This document shows positions 1 through 9,627 of a stretch of 64,000 nucleotides of DNA, piece by piece. The stretch is from Candidatus Hydrogenedentota bacterium. Lineage in GTDB: Bacteria; Hydrogenedentota; Hydrogenedentia; Hydrogenedentales; JAEUWI01. The first letter of the stretch is position 1. Every line of letters begins with the position of its first letter. The notes below the pieces were generated by a model. The model was not told where the DNA came from. It worked only from the letters and a program-made list of their open reading frames with translations, and made no database searches. The stretch lies in assembly GCA_034669905.1 (NCBI GenBank), contig JAXMOL010000023.1, forward strand, positions 1 to 64,000, read 5' to 3'. A program made the translations under genes and the position numbers.

Positions 1-33
1 CGTAAAGAAAAAAACTGAAAAACACAACCCTGG

Positions 34-71
34 TACAGTTCCTCCCTCCTCCGGAGGAGGGAGGAACTGTA
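34..71. repeat. Perfect 38-bp palindrome
   Basis: TACAGTTCCTCCCTCCTCC followed directly by its reverse complement GGAGGAGGGAGGAACTGTA. Confidence 0.9.
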
Positions 72-470
72 TAAACAAGAGAGACCAGAAACATCAGCCA
101 ATTGCAGAACTTGCGTTACACGACTATGCCGGCGGAACGCCGGTGCTTCATAGGCGCCGCTGGGCTGCGGTATGGTGCCGCTTCGCGGCTGATTCCCGCG
201 ACGGTGTCGCAGCATGCCGGCGGGCCGCTGGCGCTCCATAGGCTCCACTTGCTCCCAAGCTCTGCTGGGAACGAGGGAAACTTTGCGCCGGAAATGCGGC
301 GTATGGATCGCTGCACCGCGACTTGCCCCTGCCGACTCCAATCTCGATGGGCATCAGAGCTTCCCTTTTTTAGTCGCGAAGGGGCGACATAAACACATTG
401 CAGCCCCGATCCTCCGCTTCCGTCAACTACCCGCACACCGCACGCTACCCCCGTAAACGTTCGAATTTTC

Positions 471-569
471 AGTCGCGAAGCGGCGACATATCGTAGCCCA
501 GCGGCGAGCGAAGCGAGTCCTGGGTCAAGGGCCTACCTCCCACCCCGTGAGTCCCGAAGGGGCGACATA
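471..569 (+). repeat. Left REP-like arm of tnpA-1 (three hairpins); partial copies at ~154-190 (inverted) and ~372-390
   Basis: AGTCGCGAAGCGGCGACATATCGTAGCCCAGCGGCGAGCGAAGCGAGTCCTGGGT...AGTCCCGAAGGGGCGACATA; reverse complement of 1122-1218. Confidence 0.85.
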
Positions 570-655
570 AACACGTTGTGGAATATCCCCGGCAGTCCTC
601 GATAAACTCCTTCAAGAACACTAACACACTACGGCAGTCAACAAGGGAGGCCACC

Positions 656-1108
656 ATGTCACAAACACACTGCAACCTCATCTACCACCTCGTCTTTTCT
701 ACCAAGGGACGCCAACGTTTTCTCAGACCTGACGTGCGTCCAGAAGTTCATCGCTACCTCGCGGGCGCGGTACAGGGTGTGGATGGCATACCGCTGATCA
801 TCAATGGCACGGAAGACCATGTTCATCTGCTGGTGAAGCTGAGCCAGAACCACGCCCTCAAGAATGTGTTGTCCGAAATAAAATCCAACAGCTCCGGCTG
901 GATACACCGACAACACAGCAGCCTCGCCGACTTCGCCTGGCAGGCGGGCTATGGCGCCTTCACCGTGAGTGCGAGCCAAAAGGAACGGGTTTATCGCTAT
1001 GTAAAAAACCAGGAGACACACCATGCCAAATACGCGTTTCAGGCGGAGTATCTGGGCTTGTTGAAGGCCCACGAGGTGGAATACGACGAACGGTATATAT
1101 GGGACTGA
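656..1108 (+). CDS. tnpA: IS200/IS605-family Y1 (HUH) transposase, REP-associated type, no tnpB
   Basis: YHLVFSTK, DHVHLL (HUH), WQAGYGAFTVS, YVKNQETHH (catalytic Tyr); GGGAGG RBS before ATG 656. Confidence 0.92.
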   Translation: MSQTHCNLIYHLVFSTKGRQRFLRPDVRPEVHRYLAGAVQGVDGIPLIINGTEDHVHLLVKLSQNHALKNVLSEIKSNSSGWIHRQHSSLADFAWQAGYGAFTVSASQKERVYRYVKNQETHHAKYAFQAEYLGLLKAHEVEYDERYIWD

Positions 1109-1121
1109 TGGGGTGCCGGGC

Positions 1122-1218
1122 TTGTGTCGCCCCGTTGGGACTTGGTTTCAGAGGGCACATGATACCCAGGACTCGCTGCGCTCGCCGCTGGGCTACGATA
1201 TATCGCCGCTTCGCGACT
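1122..1218 (-). repeat. Right REP-like arm of tnpA-1
   Basis: Imperfect inverted copy of 471-569; the hairpin-bearing ends match and the middle spacer differs. Confidence 0.85.
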
Positions 1219-1284
1219 GGTTGGAGCGCTGGACATTGAATTACAAGGCTCCAAAGTAACCCACGCTACACGCCCCTATTTCAG

Positions 1285-1313
1285 CTCGTTCCCAAGCAGA
1301 GCTTGGGAACGAG
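1285..1313. repeat. CTCGTTCCCAAGC-type palindromic repeat; related copies at 252-275 and 54215-54243
   Basis: CTCGTTCCCAAGC-AGA-GCTTGGGAACGAG perfect 13-bp stem. Confidence 0.8.
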
Positions 1314-1325
1314 AGGATCAGGCAC

Positions 1326-1355
1326 AAAAAACTGCCGGACCCGAAGGCCCGGCAG
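1326..1355 (-). terminator. Rho-independent terminator of the gfo-HEAT operon
   Basis: Minus strand CTGCCGGGCC-TTCG-GGTCCGGCAG followed by T6. Confidence 0.85.
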
Positions 1356-1386
1356 CGCATGCTGAATTCACTATTCGCTATTCTTC

Positions 1387-3915
1387 TTACTTCGCGGCTT
1401 GCGTGATTCCGCCAAGGGGCTGACCGTCAGTGGTCCGCAGTCGTGCCGTGGCACCCCAGTCGCCGCCGTGCTGGTAGATGGCGCAGACGAGGGTGTTCTC
1501 TCCGGCCTTCAACGAAACGGGCAGGCGATCCTGGTTGGGGTTCAGGGGACGGCCCACGTTGAGTTCGTGGATGAGTTCGCCATTCCACCAGACCTTGCAG
1601 CCGTCATTGCTGCCGAATTCGAGGATGGCATCTTTCGCCGCGTCGGAAGTAATCGTCGTGCGGAGGTAGGCCACCCGCTGCACGCCACCGAGGCCCCGTG
1701 CGAGGGAGACAATCCACGGACGGTTCCGGTCGAGGCCCATGGGCATGATGGACCACGTGGTATTCGCCGGGTCGGTCTCGGCTTCGAACTGCATTTCGAA
1801 GAGCGCCGAAGCCGGTTTACCTTCCTTGAAGTACGGACCGGCGAACTGCCAGGCGGTGAGGTAGTCTTCCAGACCACCGATACTGTCGAGGACGTTCTGG
1901 GCCTGCTTCTTCACCGTCTCGGGCGTGTCCTGCTGGATATAGGCATTCATGCGTCGGGCCACTTCATCGCGATAAGCACCACTGATGCCTCCCGCAATGC
2001 GGATGACGGCCTGGGTCGCTTCGGCGGCCACGGCCGGGTCCTGCTGGCGGGCTTCCACATATTCCAGTGCTTCCAGGGAGGGCACTTCGGAAAGTCCGGC
2101 CACGACCAGCTTTTTCTCCTGGTCGTTTTTCGCGAGCTTGTCGGCCGCCTTATAGGCTTCCAACTTCGCAGCGGCATTCACCGACTTGGCTGCACGCAAC
2201 TGACGGATGAAGCCCGCGAAGGCTACACTGCGTGCCCCTTCATCAGATGCATCAGCCGCGATGGATTTGAGGTCGCTGAGGGGCCGGGCATCGGGCCAGG
2301 CCGCCAGGGCGTTTACAGCGGCCAGCTTCAACGTGCCGTTGTCGGACTGGACCTGCTGGCGCACGACCTTCAGGGCGTCATCCGTCGCGATTTTACCGAG
2401 GACGCCGATAAGGGCCGCCTTGGTGGCTTCCCCTTCGGACTCGGCCAGGGCGCCACGCACGAGGGCTGTTTTCGCACCTTCGTTGCGAATACGGCCGGCC
2501 AGTTCCACGATGGCCTGCGACACGTTCTTACGCTGGGCCTCATCGGGAGCGTTTTCCAGGAGGGCCAAGAGAGCCCCCATGTCTTCTTCCCCGGCGAGGA
2601 TGCGAAGGGACTGGAGGGACGCGGCGCGCACGGCCCCATCTTCGCTGGCGGCCAGATCAAGCAGGGCAGGCACCGTGCGAATCGCGCGCCGTCCCGACAA
2701 GGCGTCGATGGCTTCCAATTGCTTGGCACCGGTAGCCTTCTGGGCAATCTTGAGGATGGCCACATTCACCTGCTGACCGGGGATGGTCTTCAGGCTGGCG
2801 CGGGCGGTGCGCTGCACTTCCCCGTCGCTCGTGGCGGCCAGGCCCAACAGCACGTCCGCCGTGTCGGCATTCCCGAGGCGCCCAAGGGCACTCAGGGCCG
2901 CCAACTGCACGTCGGCGTCGTCACTCTTCGCCGCGTTGCTTATAGCACCCAGCGCAGCCGTATCGCCCCGGTAGGCCAGTGCTTCGATGATGAGGATCTT
3001 GCTCTGCTTCGGCGCATCGGCCACCATGCCTGCGAAGGTCTTGGTGGCTTCTTCGCCTTCCAACTCACGGATGAAGCCGGAGGCTACCAACACCAGGTCG
3101 GGGTCGGCGTCGGCAATGGCCTCTACGACGAGCGCTTCCGCCTGTTCCGGCTTGAGGCGCACGAGGCCACTCAGGGCCGCCGCGCGAATGTGTCCGGCGT
3201 TGTCGCCCTGGTAGAGGGCTTCATAGATCGCCAGGGCATCCGCACTGCGGCTCGCTGGCATCCACTCGCCACACTGGAGACAGGCATCGGCCAACACGGC
3301 GTCGGCCTTTCCATCACGGGCTTTCAGGGCCGCCATCAGCGGGGCACATCCGGCACCACCAATGCTGCCCAGGGCCGCCGTGGCCGCCTGCGCAATGGCC
3401 TTGTCGGGGCTGTCCATCAAGGCAACCAATCCATCCACCGCGCCTTCGGCACCACGACGGGCGAGGCCATGAATGGCGTTCACCCGCTGGGTCTGGGGAC
3501 CTTCTTTGGCCGCCGTCAACAATGCCTGAAGGGCCGCGTCGTCCGGAATAGCCACAAGCGCCCAGATGGCGTAGTCCGCCAAGTGGTCATCGGCAATCAG
3601 TCCCGCCAGTGTTTCCACACTCGCGCCCGTGCCCATGGCTTCCAGCTGGCGACAAACGAAGCGCTTTGCGTCCACCGAGGCATCACTGCCAAGGAGGGCC
3701 ACGAAAGCGGGCTCCAGTTCTTGCGTTACGGCGTCGTCATGGCGTGCGTTGATGGCGGCTTCTTCCACCACCCCGAGCGCCAGGCGCGAATCGCCGAATT
3801 TATAAGTCTTCAACCCTTCAAGGGCTTCATCCAGGGTCTGGGCCTGCGCTGCGATGCTCGCCAGGGCGATGAACGCGCCGCACACAACCCCGCGAATCGA
3901 GAACATTCGAATCAT
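1387..3915 (-). CDS. Secreted HEAT-repeat protein with C-terminal jelly-roll (PA14-like) domain
   Basis: Signal peptide (AAQAQ); many HEAT-like repeats (VQLAALSALGRLG); C-terminal GSNDGCKVWWNGE...LKAGENTL motif. Confidence 0.75.
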   Translation of the reverse strand: MIRMFSIRGVVCGAFIALASIAAQAQTLDEALEGLKTYKFGDSRLALGVVEEAAINARHDDAVTQELEPAFVALLGSDASVDAKRFVCRQLEAMGTGASVETLAGLIADDHLADYAIWALVAIPDDAALQALLTAAKEGPQTQRVNAIHGLARRGAEGAVDGLVALMDSPDKAIAQAATAALGSIGGAGCAPLMAALKARDGKADAVLADACLQCGEWMPASRSADALAIYEALYQGDNAGHIRAAALSGLVRLKPEQAEALVVEAIADADPDLVLVASGFIRELEGEEATKTFAGMVADAPKQSKILIIEALAYRGDTAALGAISNAAKSDDADVQLAALSALGRLGNADTADVLLGLAATSDGEVQRTARASLKTIPGQQVNVAILKIAQKATGAKQLEAIDALSGRRAIRTVPALLDLAASEDGAVRAASLQSLRILAGEEDMGALLALLENAPDEAQRKNVSQAIVELAGRIRNEGAKTALVRGALAESEGEATKAALIGVLGKIATDDALKVVRQQVQSDNGTLKLAAVNALAAWPDARPLSDLKSIAADASDEGARSVAFAGFIRQLRAAKSVNAAAKLEAYKAADKLAKNDQEKKLVVAGLSEVPSLEALEYVEARQQDPAVAAEATQAVIRIAGGISGAYRDEVARRMNAYIQQDTPETVKKQAQNVLDSIGGLEDYLTAWQFAGPYFKEGKPASALFEMQFEAETDPANTTWSIMPMGLDRNRPWIVSLARGLGGVQRVAYLRTTITSDAAKDAILEFGSNDGCKVWWNGELIHELNVGRPLNPNQDRLPVSLKAGENTLVCAIYQHGGDWGATARLRTTDGQPLGGITQAAK

Positions 3916-3942
3916 GCTACGTGCTCCTTTTCAATGGGGGGG

Positions 3943-5265
3943 TTAGACGTGCCAGGGGCCACGAAGGGACGGAATCATCATACGGTTCGCTTCATCATCG
4001 TTGGTGAAACGTTCCGTATCGGGATCCCACTGCAATTTCTTACCACGGCGCATGGCGATATTGGCCATGTGACACATGGTGGCCGTATGGTGACCCACAT
4101 AGGCCGGGGCTTTCGGCTCGCCACGGGTCAGCACACAGTTTACGAAGTCCTCGTGGTGACTGCGGCTACGGCCCAGGTGGAGTTCGTCCGGCCCGATGAC
4201 TTCCTTGAGCAGGGAGTCCTGGCTGGCTTCGAGATCGCCGCCGTGGACGTGAATAAAGATCCAGCCGTCGTCGCCCTCAAATTTGAGGCCCCGGGGTCCA
4301 ATACTCTCACCGAGCAACTGGACGCCATCGGCATATTCAAATTTGAAGCTGTAACCCATGGCCGTGTTGAAGAGGCCGTCCTTGGGGAAGTCCCCCGTGC
4401 CTTCCACCGAAATGGGCGTGGTGTGATCGGTGCCGTGACCGAGCTGGGCCAGGTCGAGGATGTGGGCACCCCGGTCCGTCATTTCGCCGCCGCTGTAATC
4501 GAGGATATAGCGGAACCAGAAGTGACAGCGTTTTTCCGTATAGGGATTGCTGGGCGCCGGTCCAAGCCAGAAGTTGTAGTCGAAGCCTTCCGGAATCGGC
4601 ATCTCGGGCTGGGGACCAATGGGGCCGTGGTTGTCGATGGGCATGTTGACGCGGATGGTGTGCAACTTGCCAATGCGGCCATTGCGCACCAATTCGGCAG
4701 CATAGCGCGCATTGTCCCGGGAGCGCTCATGGCTACCGGTCTGGAGTACGCGACGGTACTTGGTCACCGCATCCAGAATGGCGCGGCTTTCGGGAATCGA
4801 GTTGGCCAGGGGCTTTTCGCAGTAGATATCTTTGCCTGCCTTGGCCGCGGCCACACTGATGACACCGTGCCAGAAGTCCGGCGTGGCGCACATGATGGCG
4901 TCGATGTCGTCGCGGGCCAGCACTTCCCGGAAGTCATTGTAGGTCGCGCAGCCCGTGTAGTCCTTTTCGGTCTTGGCGGCGTAGAAGTCTTCCACCATTT
5001 TCTTGGCGGCGTTGCGGTGGTTCGTGTCCACATCACACACGGCGACAACCTGGGCTTCGGGCACATTCATCAAGCCACGGGTGTCGTGGCTACCCTGCCC
5101 ACCCACGCCGATGGAGGCGATGGTGACCCGGTTGCTCGGTGCCACGGCACCGTCTAGCCCGAGGGCGGACGATGGAATGATATAAGGAAACCCGACCACG
5201 CCCGCCGAAGCGGCGAGGGTGTTGCGCAGGAAGCGCCTCCGGGTTAAGGGTATTTTCTTGGCCAT
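3943..5265 (-). CDS. Tat-exported Gfo/Idh/MocA family oxidoreductase
   Basis: TRRRFL Tat motif, IGVGGQG, ATPDFWH, YCEKP, DRGAHILD. Confidence 0.92.
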   Translation of the reverse strand: MAKKIPLTRRRFLRNTLAASAGVVGFPYIIPSSALGLDGAVAPSNRVTIASIGVGGQGSHDTRGLMNVPEAQVVAVCDVDTNHRNAAKKMVEDFYAAKTEKDYTGCATYNDFREVLARDDIDAIMCATPDFWHGVISVAAAKAGKDIYCEKPLANSIPESRAILDAVTKYRRVLQTGSHERSRDNARYAAELVRNGRIGKLHTIRVNMPIDNHGPIGPQPEMPIPEGFDYNFWLGPAPSNPYTEKRCHFWFRYILDYSGGEMTDRGAHILDLAQLGHGTDHTTPISVEGTGDFPKDGLFNTAMGYSFKFEYADGVQLLGESIGPRGLKFEGDDGWIFIHVHGGDLEASQDSLLKEVIGPDELHLGRSRSHHEDFVNCVLTRGEPKAPAYVGHHTATMCHMANIAMRRGKKLQWDPDTERFTNDDEANRMMIPSLRGPWHV

Positions 5266-5356
5266 GTTGCTCTCTCCAACTGGTTAAAAAAAGATACATT
5301 GATCTCGCTATACTGACGTATTCGAAACCCTGCGTCAAGCCGACGAAACGCCGTAC

Positions 5357-6400
5357 TTAGACACCCATGATGTGGGCCATGACGGCCATCTCGAGGGCTT
5401 CGTAGTCGCGGGCTTCAATCAACTGCTTTTCGAGATTCTTGTCGAAGCTACGGACCTTATCCACCAGGTGCAGGAAAATCTTCTTGCTGTTTTCCAGGTG
5501 GGCCGTGACGCATTCGCCTTTTTGCGTGCGCATGGCCTTGATGTCGAGGCCGATGAATCGCTTTGTGTCGGCGTAGTTGGCCTGTTCCAGCACACGGACC
5601 TGGTTGTAGGCCATGCGGAGGTTGGCGGCGCCGAAGGATTTGTCCTGGTCAAACTTGAGGCCATTCTGGTCATTCAGGTGGACGCTCAGCAACTTCCCGG
5701 CCGCGAGGGCGAAGGCCATTTCGTCGGAGGGGTCGAGCCCGGCGAGGATGGCGTGGGCCGTTTCAATGAGACCACCCACACGCTTGGGATCGTTGCTCAT
5801 GCCGGAAAGGGCCAGGGCATGTCCGATGGTAGGAATGTAGGCGTGATCCATGGGTTCATTGGGCTTGGGCTCAATGGCGATCTCGATGCCGCTGTCGTAG
5901 TCCAACAAGGTGTTGACCAATTCCAGCAGGCGCTGGTTCGCGACGATGGCATCCTTCGATTCACGGATGTAGGTGCCTTCACGAGCCAGCCACAACACGA
6001 TCATGTTGGTGTCCATGGCGCGCGCAATGTCGGCGCACTTCTTCGCCCGGTCAAAGGCCCACTCGCGGACCTTCGGATCGTTGGCCGTGAAGCCGCCGTC
6101 GATGCCGCGCTCATCTTCCCAAAGGCGGGGCGCGATGAATTCACAAACCAGCCCTTCCCCATCGAGGACGGACTTCATCTCCGCCGCCTTGGCCGTCAAC
6201 TGCTCGGGGCTTAGGCCTTCGAGATCGGGGACCGCGTCGTCATCGTGAAACTGGACGCCTTCAAAGCCGAGGGCCTTGTAGCGGCCAATTTTCTTGGCGA
6301 AGGGAAGGGTCGGGCGGACGGTGGGTCCGAACGGGTCGTTGCCTTCGTTGATATTCCAGGGGCCAAAGGAAAAACGGTAGCCCTTGTTGTCGTCGCTCAT
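5357..6400 (-). CDS. Xylose isomerase-like sugar isomerase (class I fold)
   Basis: FSFGPW..DPFG, FHDDD, WLAREG, EPKPNEP, ETAH, FDQD; one metal ligand differs from XylA. Confidence 0.85.
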   Translation of the reverse strand: MSDDNKGYRFSFGPWNINEGNDPFGPTVRPTLPFAKKIGRYKALGFEGVQFHDDDAVPDLEGLSPEQLTAKAAEMKSVLDGEGLVCEFIAPRLWEDERGIDGGFTANDPKVREWAFDRAKKCADIARAMDTNMIVLWLAREGTYIRESKDAIVANQRLLELVNTLLDYDSGIEIAIEPKPNEPMDHAYIPTIGHALALSGMSNDPKRVGGLIETAHAILAGLDPSDEMAFALAAGKLLSVHLNDQNGLKFDQDKSFGAANLRMAYNQVRVLEQANYADTKRFIGLDIKAMRTQKGECVTAHLENSKKIFLHLVDKVRSFDKNLEKQLIEARDYEALEMAVMAHIMGV

Positions 6401-6501
6401 GAATAAGCCTTTCGTCGTGCTTCGCGCAGTACCCGGGACGGACCCGTGGCCTGCGAATGATTAGAACCCAAAATACGCCTCTCGCGAGGCAACAGCAGGC
6501 T

Positions 6502-6531
6502 AACGCTAACAGATCATGACACCGGTGTCAA
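6502..6531 (-). promoter_or_regulatory. sigma70-type promoter of the isomerase with an overlapping LacI-type palindrome
   Basis: Minus strand TTGACA-17-TAGCGT; perfect palindrome TGACACCGGTGTCA at 6517-6530. Confidence 0.65.
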
Positions 6532-6716
6532 GAATGGGACAGGGAGGGGACCTAAACGACGGAAAGGACGTTACCTTTCCGGGCAATCTGCGGGTGCCAC
6601 CCACCTGCGGCGCGTCGTGGACCCTCAAGCAGAGGAGCGAAGCGGGGGAAGCTTGTGGCTGATCGTATGCAAAGGGTAACGGTCTGCACGTTAGGCACGA
6701 AGACGGTTATCCCGGT

Positions 6717-7538
6717 TCACGGCGCGACGAAATCAAGCCCCTTTTCCCCGTCACTCTTCGCATGGTGTAAGGTGCCACGACACATCTTCTCCGCCGTCTT
6801 CGGCCCCTTGGCCACGAGAAACAAATCGGGAGCAATGCCGACAATGCCCAACGACGCAGAAAACTCATAGCGCCCCAGCATGTTGAAGTCGGCGTCCGTC
6901 TTGAGGAGGATATTGGGACTTCCGTAGCAGCCAAACCACCAGGCCCCGTCGTGCCAGGTGGTTGACTGAATGCCTACGTTGGTCCACCCACTCTTCACGA
7001 TGTGTTTCTTGATGAATTTGAAGTCGCCATCATATTCGTAGACATAGTTTTCTTCGATGCCCTTGGGCAATCCACCCACAACGTAGAATTTCCCATCGCG
7101 CACACCAATACCCCCTGCGCCATGAAAGACTTCGGGCACATGGTGCTTGGCGATAACTTCCAGGGACTCGGGGTCATAGACATACACCCAGGAATCGGCC
7201 TTGCCCTCGGGGTTATTGAACTGCCCCAAATTGACGGCCACATAGACTTTGCCGTCATAGAAACAGAGGTCTCCATGATGATTGTCGGCGGGTACCTTTT
7301 TGATAATCTTTCCCGCGTGGTCGGTCTTCACCATGACCGTGGTAAAGGACCAGAAAATCGCGTCCTTTTCGTTGGTGCAGACCCCTTGCAGGTGTCCTTT
7401 GTATTCCCCTTCACATTCGATGTTCTGGGGATATTCGGGCGCAGCGACGGCGGGCAGGGCGGCGAGTGCGGCAAACAGAAAGAGGGCCGGGAACACGACC
7501 CGGGTGGAAACGAGTTTAGTTTTTTGATAGGTCGACAT
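6717..7538 (-). CDS. Secreted hypothetical protein, probable beta-propeller
   Basis: Signal peptide (AVAAP); repeated beta-rich motifs HLQG, HHGD, HGAGG. Confidence 0.7.
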   Translation of the reverse strand: MSTYQKTKLVSTRVVFPALFLFAALAALPAVAAPEYPQNIECEGEYKGHLQGVCTNEKDAIFWSFTTVMVKTDHAGKIIKKVPADNHHGDLCFYDGKVYVAVNLGQFNNPEGKADSWVYVYDPESLEVIAKHHVPEVFHGAGGIGVRDGKFYVVGGLPKGIEENYVYEYDGDFKFIKKHIVKSGWTNVGIQSTTWHDGAWWFGCYGSPNILLKTDADFNMLGRYEFSASLGIVGIAPDLFLVAKGPKTAEKMCRGTLHHAKSDGEKGLDFVAP

Positions 7539-7647
7539 TATTTTTTCCTTCTGAGGGTGGTCTAGTTTTCTTCTACTACAGGTTAACTAAAAAAAAGGGG
7601 ATCTAAGGGACGTAGCGCGGCCTTTGGCCGCAACCAAAGGCCAGTAT

Positions 7648-7732
7648 CGTCATCCCCGCGAAGGCGGGGACCCAGTGCGTTTCCAACATGTCTGCGGGCG
7701 AAGTCTGGATCCCCGCCTTCGCGGGGATGACG
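7648..7732. repeat. REP doublet (CGTC/GACG-type REPIN)
   Basis: CGTCATCCCCGCGAAGGCGGGGACCCAG ... CTGGATCCCCGCCTTCGCGGGGATGACG. Confidence 0.9.
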
Positions 7733-7832
7733 GGTAACTCTCGGCCGGCGGGTGAATTACGTGGCACATCGCAAAAAAGGCAAAACTTTTACAAAATCTT
7801 TTCCAGAACACATGTAAAGGACCCATATCAGA

Positions 7833-9563
7833 TTACTCCGCCGACAAACTGGATTCGTTGGAGAGACTCCGATGTTTCTGATAGGCCCTTACGCACTGCG
7901 TCAAACCATCCAGGGCGGCCGATTGTTCCTCCACGGGAAGAGTCTGCAATACCCGCAAATAGTTTCGTGCAGCGGGCGCGTCTGTACCTTCTATGAGACT
8001 CAAGGCCTTCATCGCCGCCGCGATCCGCTCCGGCTCCGTGTTGTCTGTATAGTTGACACTGCCCAAAATGAACGCGGGGTCTTCCCGCCACCTCGCGAGC
8101 GACGCCCGGCTGTCCTGTGGCAAGGCTGACTCCAGGTTGAATTTTTCGATTCCCTGCGCAGCATAACGGGCGGTGCTGTCATCCTTACTTTTAAGCGCCT
8201 CAAAAAAGACCATAGGACTTACGGGCGCGTCCAGTTGCAGCATTCGATGCGTGGCATGGCGCTGCGCTTCACCGGACAACGCATTGTGGTGCTCCAGGAT
8301 GTAGGAGACCCCGTGCTCATTGTCCATTCGTTGCAATGCGTCTTGATCGCCATTGTGAAACCGCTGCGCGAGCACATCCGCGACCGCATCAGGAAAGTGC
8401 TTTTCGAGGAGCTCTAGCGCTTTGTTCTGCATCAGCAATCGGTCAGGCCCTGATTCGGTATAGACCTTGTCGCCAACGGCATACTCGGATAGCAACGCCA
8501 ACGCGGTAGTGCCCGCGCCGCTGTTCCTTCCTGTGTCTAAGGCCACTATGTACCAAGCAAGCGCTTCCTTGCGAATCGAGGCATCTTCATTCCGGTCGTT
8601 AATAATCGCCGCGAGCTCCTGGGCGTATCTTCCGCAATGCTTCTCCAACCATTCTCCCGCCCGCTTGCCGTATCCCGTATTGTCGAAATCCATATAGCGC
8701 GTTTCGGCGGCCATAAGTTGCTCACGCAATGTCGTCGGCTCGGGGGGTGGAAGGTCCGAAATTCGTCCATCGAGTATGAAATCGCGATCGATAACAAAAT
8801 TAGCCCGGTGCTCACTCCACCATGTCTTCCATTTCTCAGTATCTTCCGCCCAACGCTCTCGGGGCAAGGTCCACTTCGGCCCATAAAGCTGCTTGGTGCA
8901 CATCTGCAATCGCTGAATAAGTAGCTCAGGCCCTTTATCCGGGAGACGGTCCAAGGCACTGACCATCGCATCAATCCCGGTCTTATCCCCCAACGCCGTC
9001 ACTGCCTTAGCTACCAAGGCGTAGTGGCCTAGAAACGCAACTTCGGGCCGTTCCCTTCTTAACTCCAACGAAACACGCCCTTCGAGAGCCTGCATATAGC
9101 GCAGCAACACAGGTATGGCCCGTGAATCACCAAGCCGAGCGAGGGCCATCGCACAGGTAGCGCGAAACTGTGCGAGATTCCGGTCGAAGTATCTGTCCCA
9201 AGCCTCCGTCGTGTGGCCGATGGAACCCCGGATCAAGTCTTCCTCAAGCACGGCGGGCAAGGGGGATTCGATACGCTCTATTAGCAGGGGAACGGCACGA
9301 AGTGAGCCCAATTCCGCCAACTTCGTTGAAACCGCACCGTAGGCCTGCCAGCGCCGGTTGAAGTCAATACGCCCATCCGGAGGGAGGCCGTTTTTCAGGT
9401 ACCCCAGTAGACTGGCCTCATCTTTCTGGAGATTTCGTCCGGATAGTACGCCGTCTGCCGTTTCACGCATACTCCCGTTGGCACCTCCCGACACGAGGAA
9501 GAATAGGATGGTGAATCCGAAGGTGCACAAGACACACCTACGTTGGTTTAGTTTCCAGGTCAT
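7833..9563 (-). CDS. Secreted HEAT-repeat-like hypothetical protein
   Basis: 576-aa ORF; N-terminal hydrophobic segment; AMALARLGDSRAIPVL repeat; WKTWW motif. Confidence 0.65.
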   Translation of the reverse strand: MTWKLNQRRCVLCTFGFTILFFLVSGGANGSMRETADGVLSGRNLQKDEASLLGYLKNGLPPDGRIDFNRRWQAYGAVSTKLAELGSLRAVPLLIERIESPLPAVLEEDLIRGSIGHTTEAWDRYFDRNLAQFRATCAMALARLGDSRAIPVLLRYMQALEGRVSLELRRERPEVAFLGHYALVAKAVTALGDKTGIDAMVSALDRLPDKGPELLIQRLQMCTKQLYGPKWTLPRERWAEDTEKWKTWWSEHRANFVIDRDFILDGRISDLPPPEPTTLREQLMAAETRYMDFDNTGYGKRAGEWLEKHCGRYAQELAAIINDRNEDASIRKEALAWYIVALDTGRNSGAGTTALALLSEYAVGDKVYTESGPDRLLMQNKALELLEKHFPDAVADVLAQRFHNGDQDALQRMDNEHGVSYILEHHNALSGEAQRHATHRMLQLDAPVSPMVFFEALKSKDDSTARYAAQGIEKFNLESALPQDSRASLARWREDPAFILGSVNYTDNTEPERIAAAMKALSLIEGTDAPAARNYLRVLQTLPVEEQSAALDGLTQCVRAYQKHRSLSNESSLSAE

Positions 9564-9627
9564 ACTTGAAGCGCCTCCGATTTCGTTGCCGCAATTACTT
9601 TACGTAACCAATCGCAATTCGTATATG

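Noticed and set aside
1399..5157. 1252-aa ORF on the + strand
   Set aside because: Antisense shadow of the HEAT and Gfo genes in GC-rich coding DNA; no recognisable motifs. The same applies to 9358-10893, 20221-21492 and 57381-59324.
6499..6512. GCTAACGCTAACA resembling a LacI-type XylR operator
   Set aside because: It coincides with the predicted -10 (TAGCGT), and a similar string near 11062 is also explained as a -10 element.
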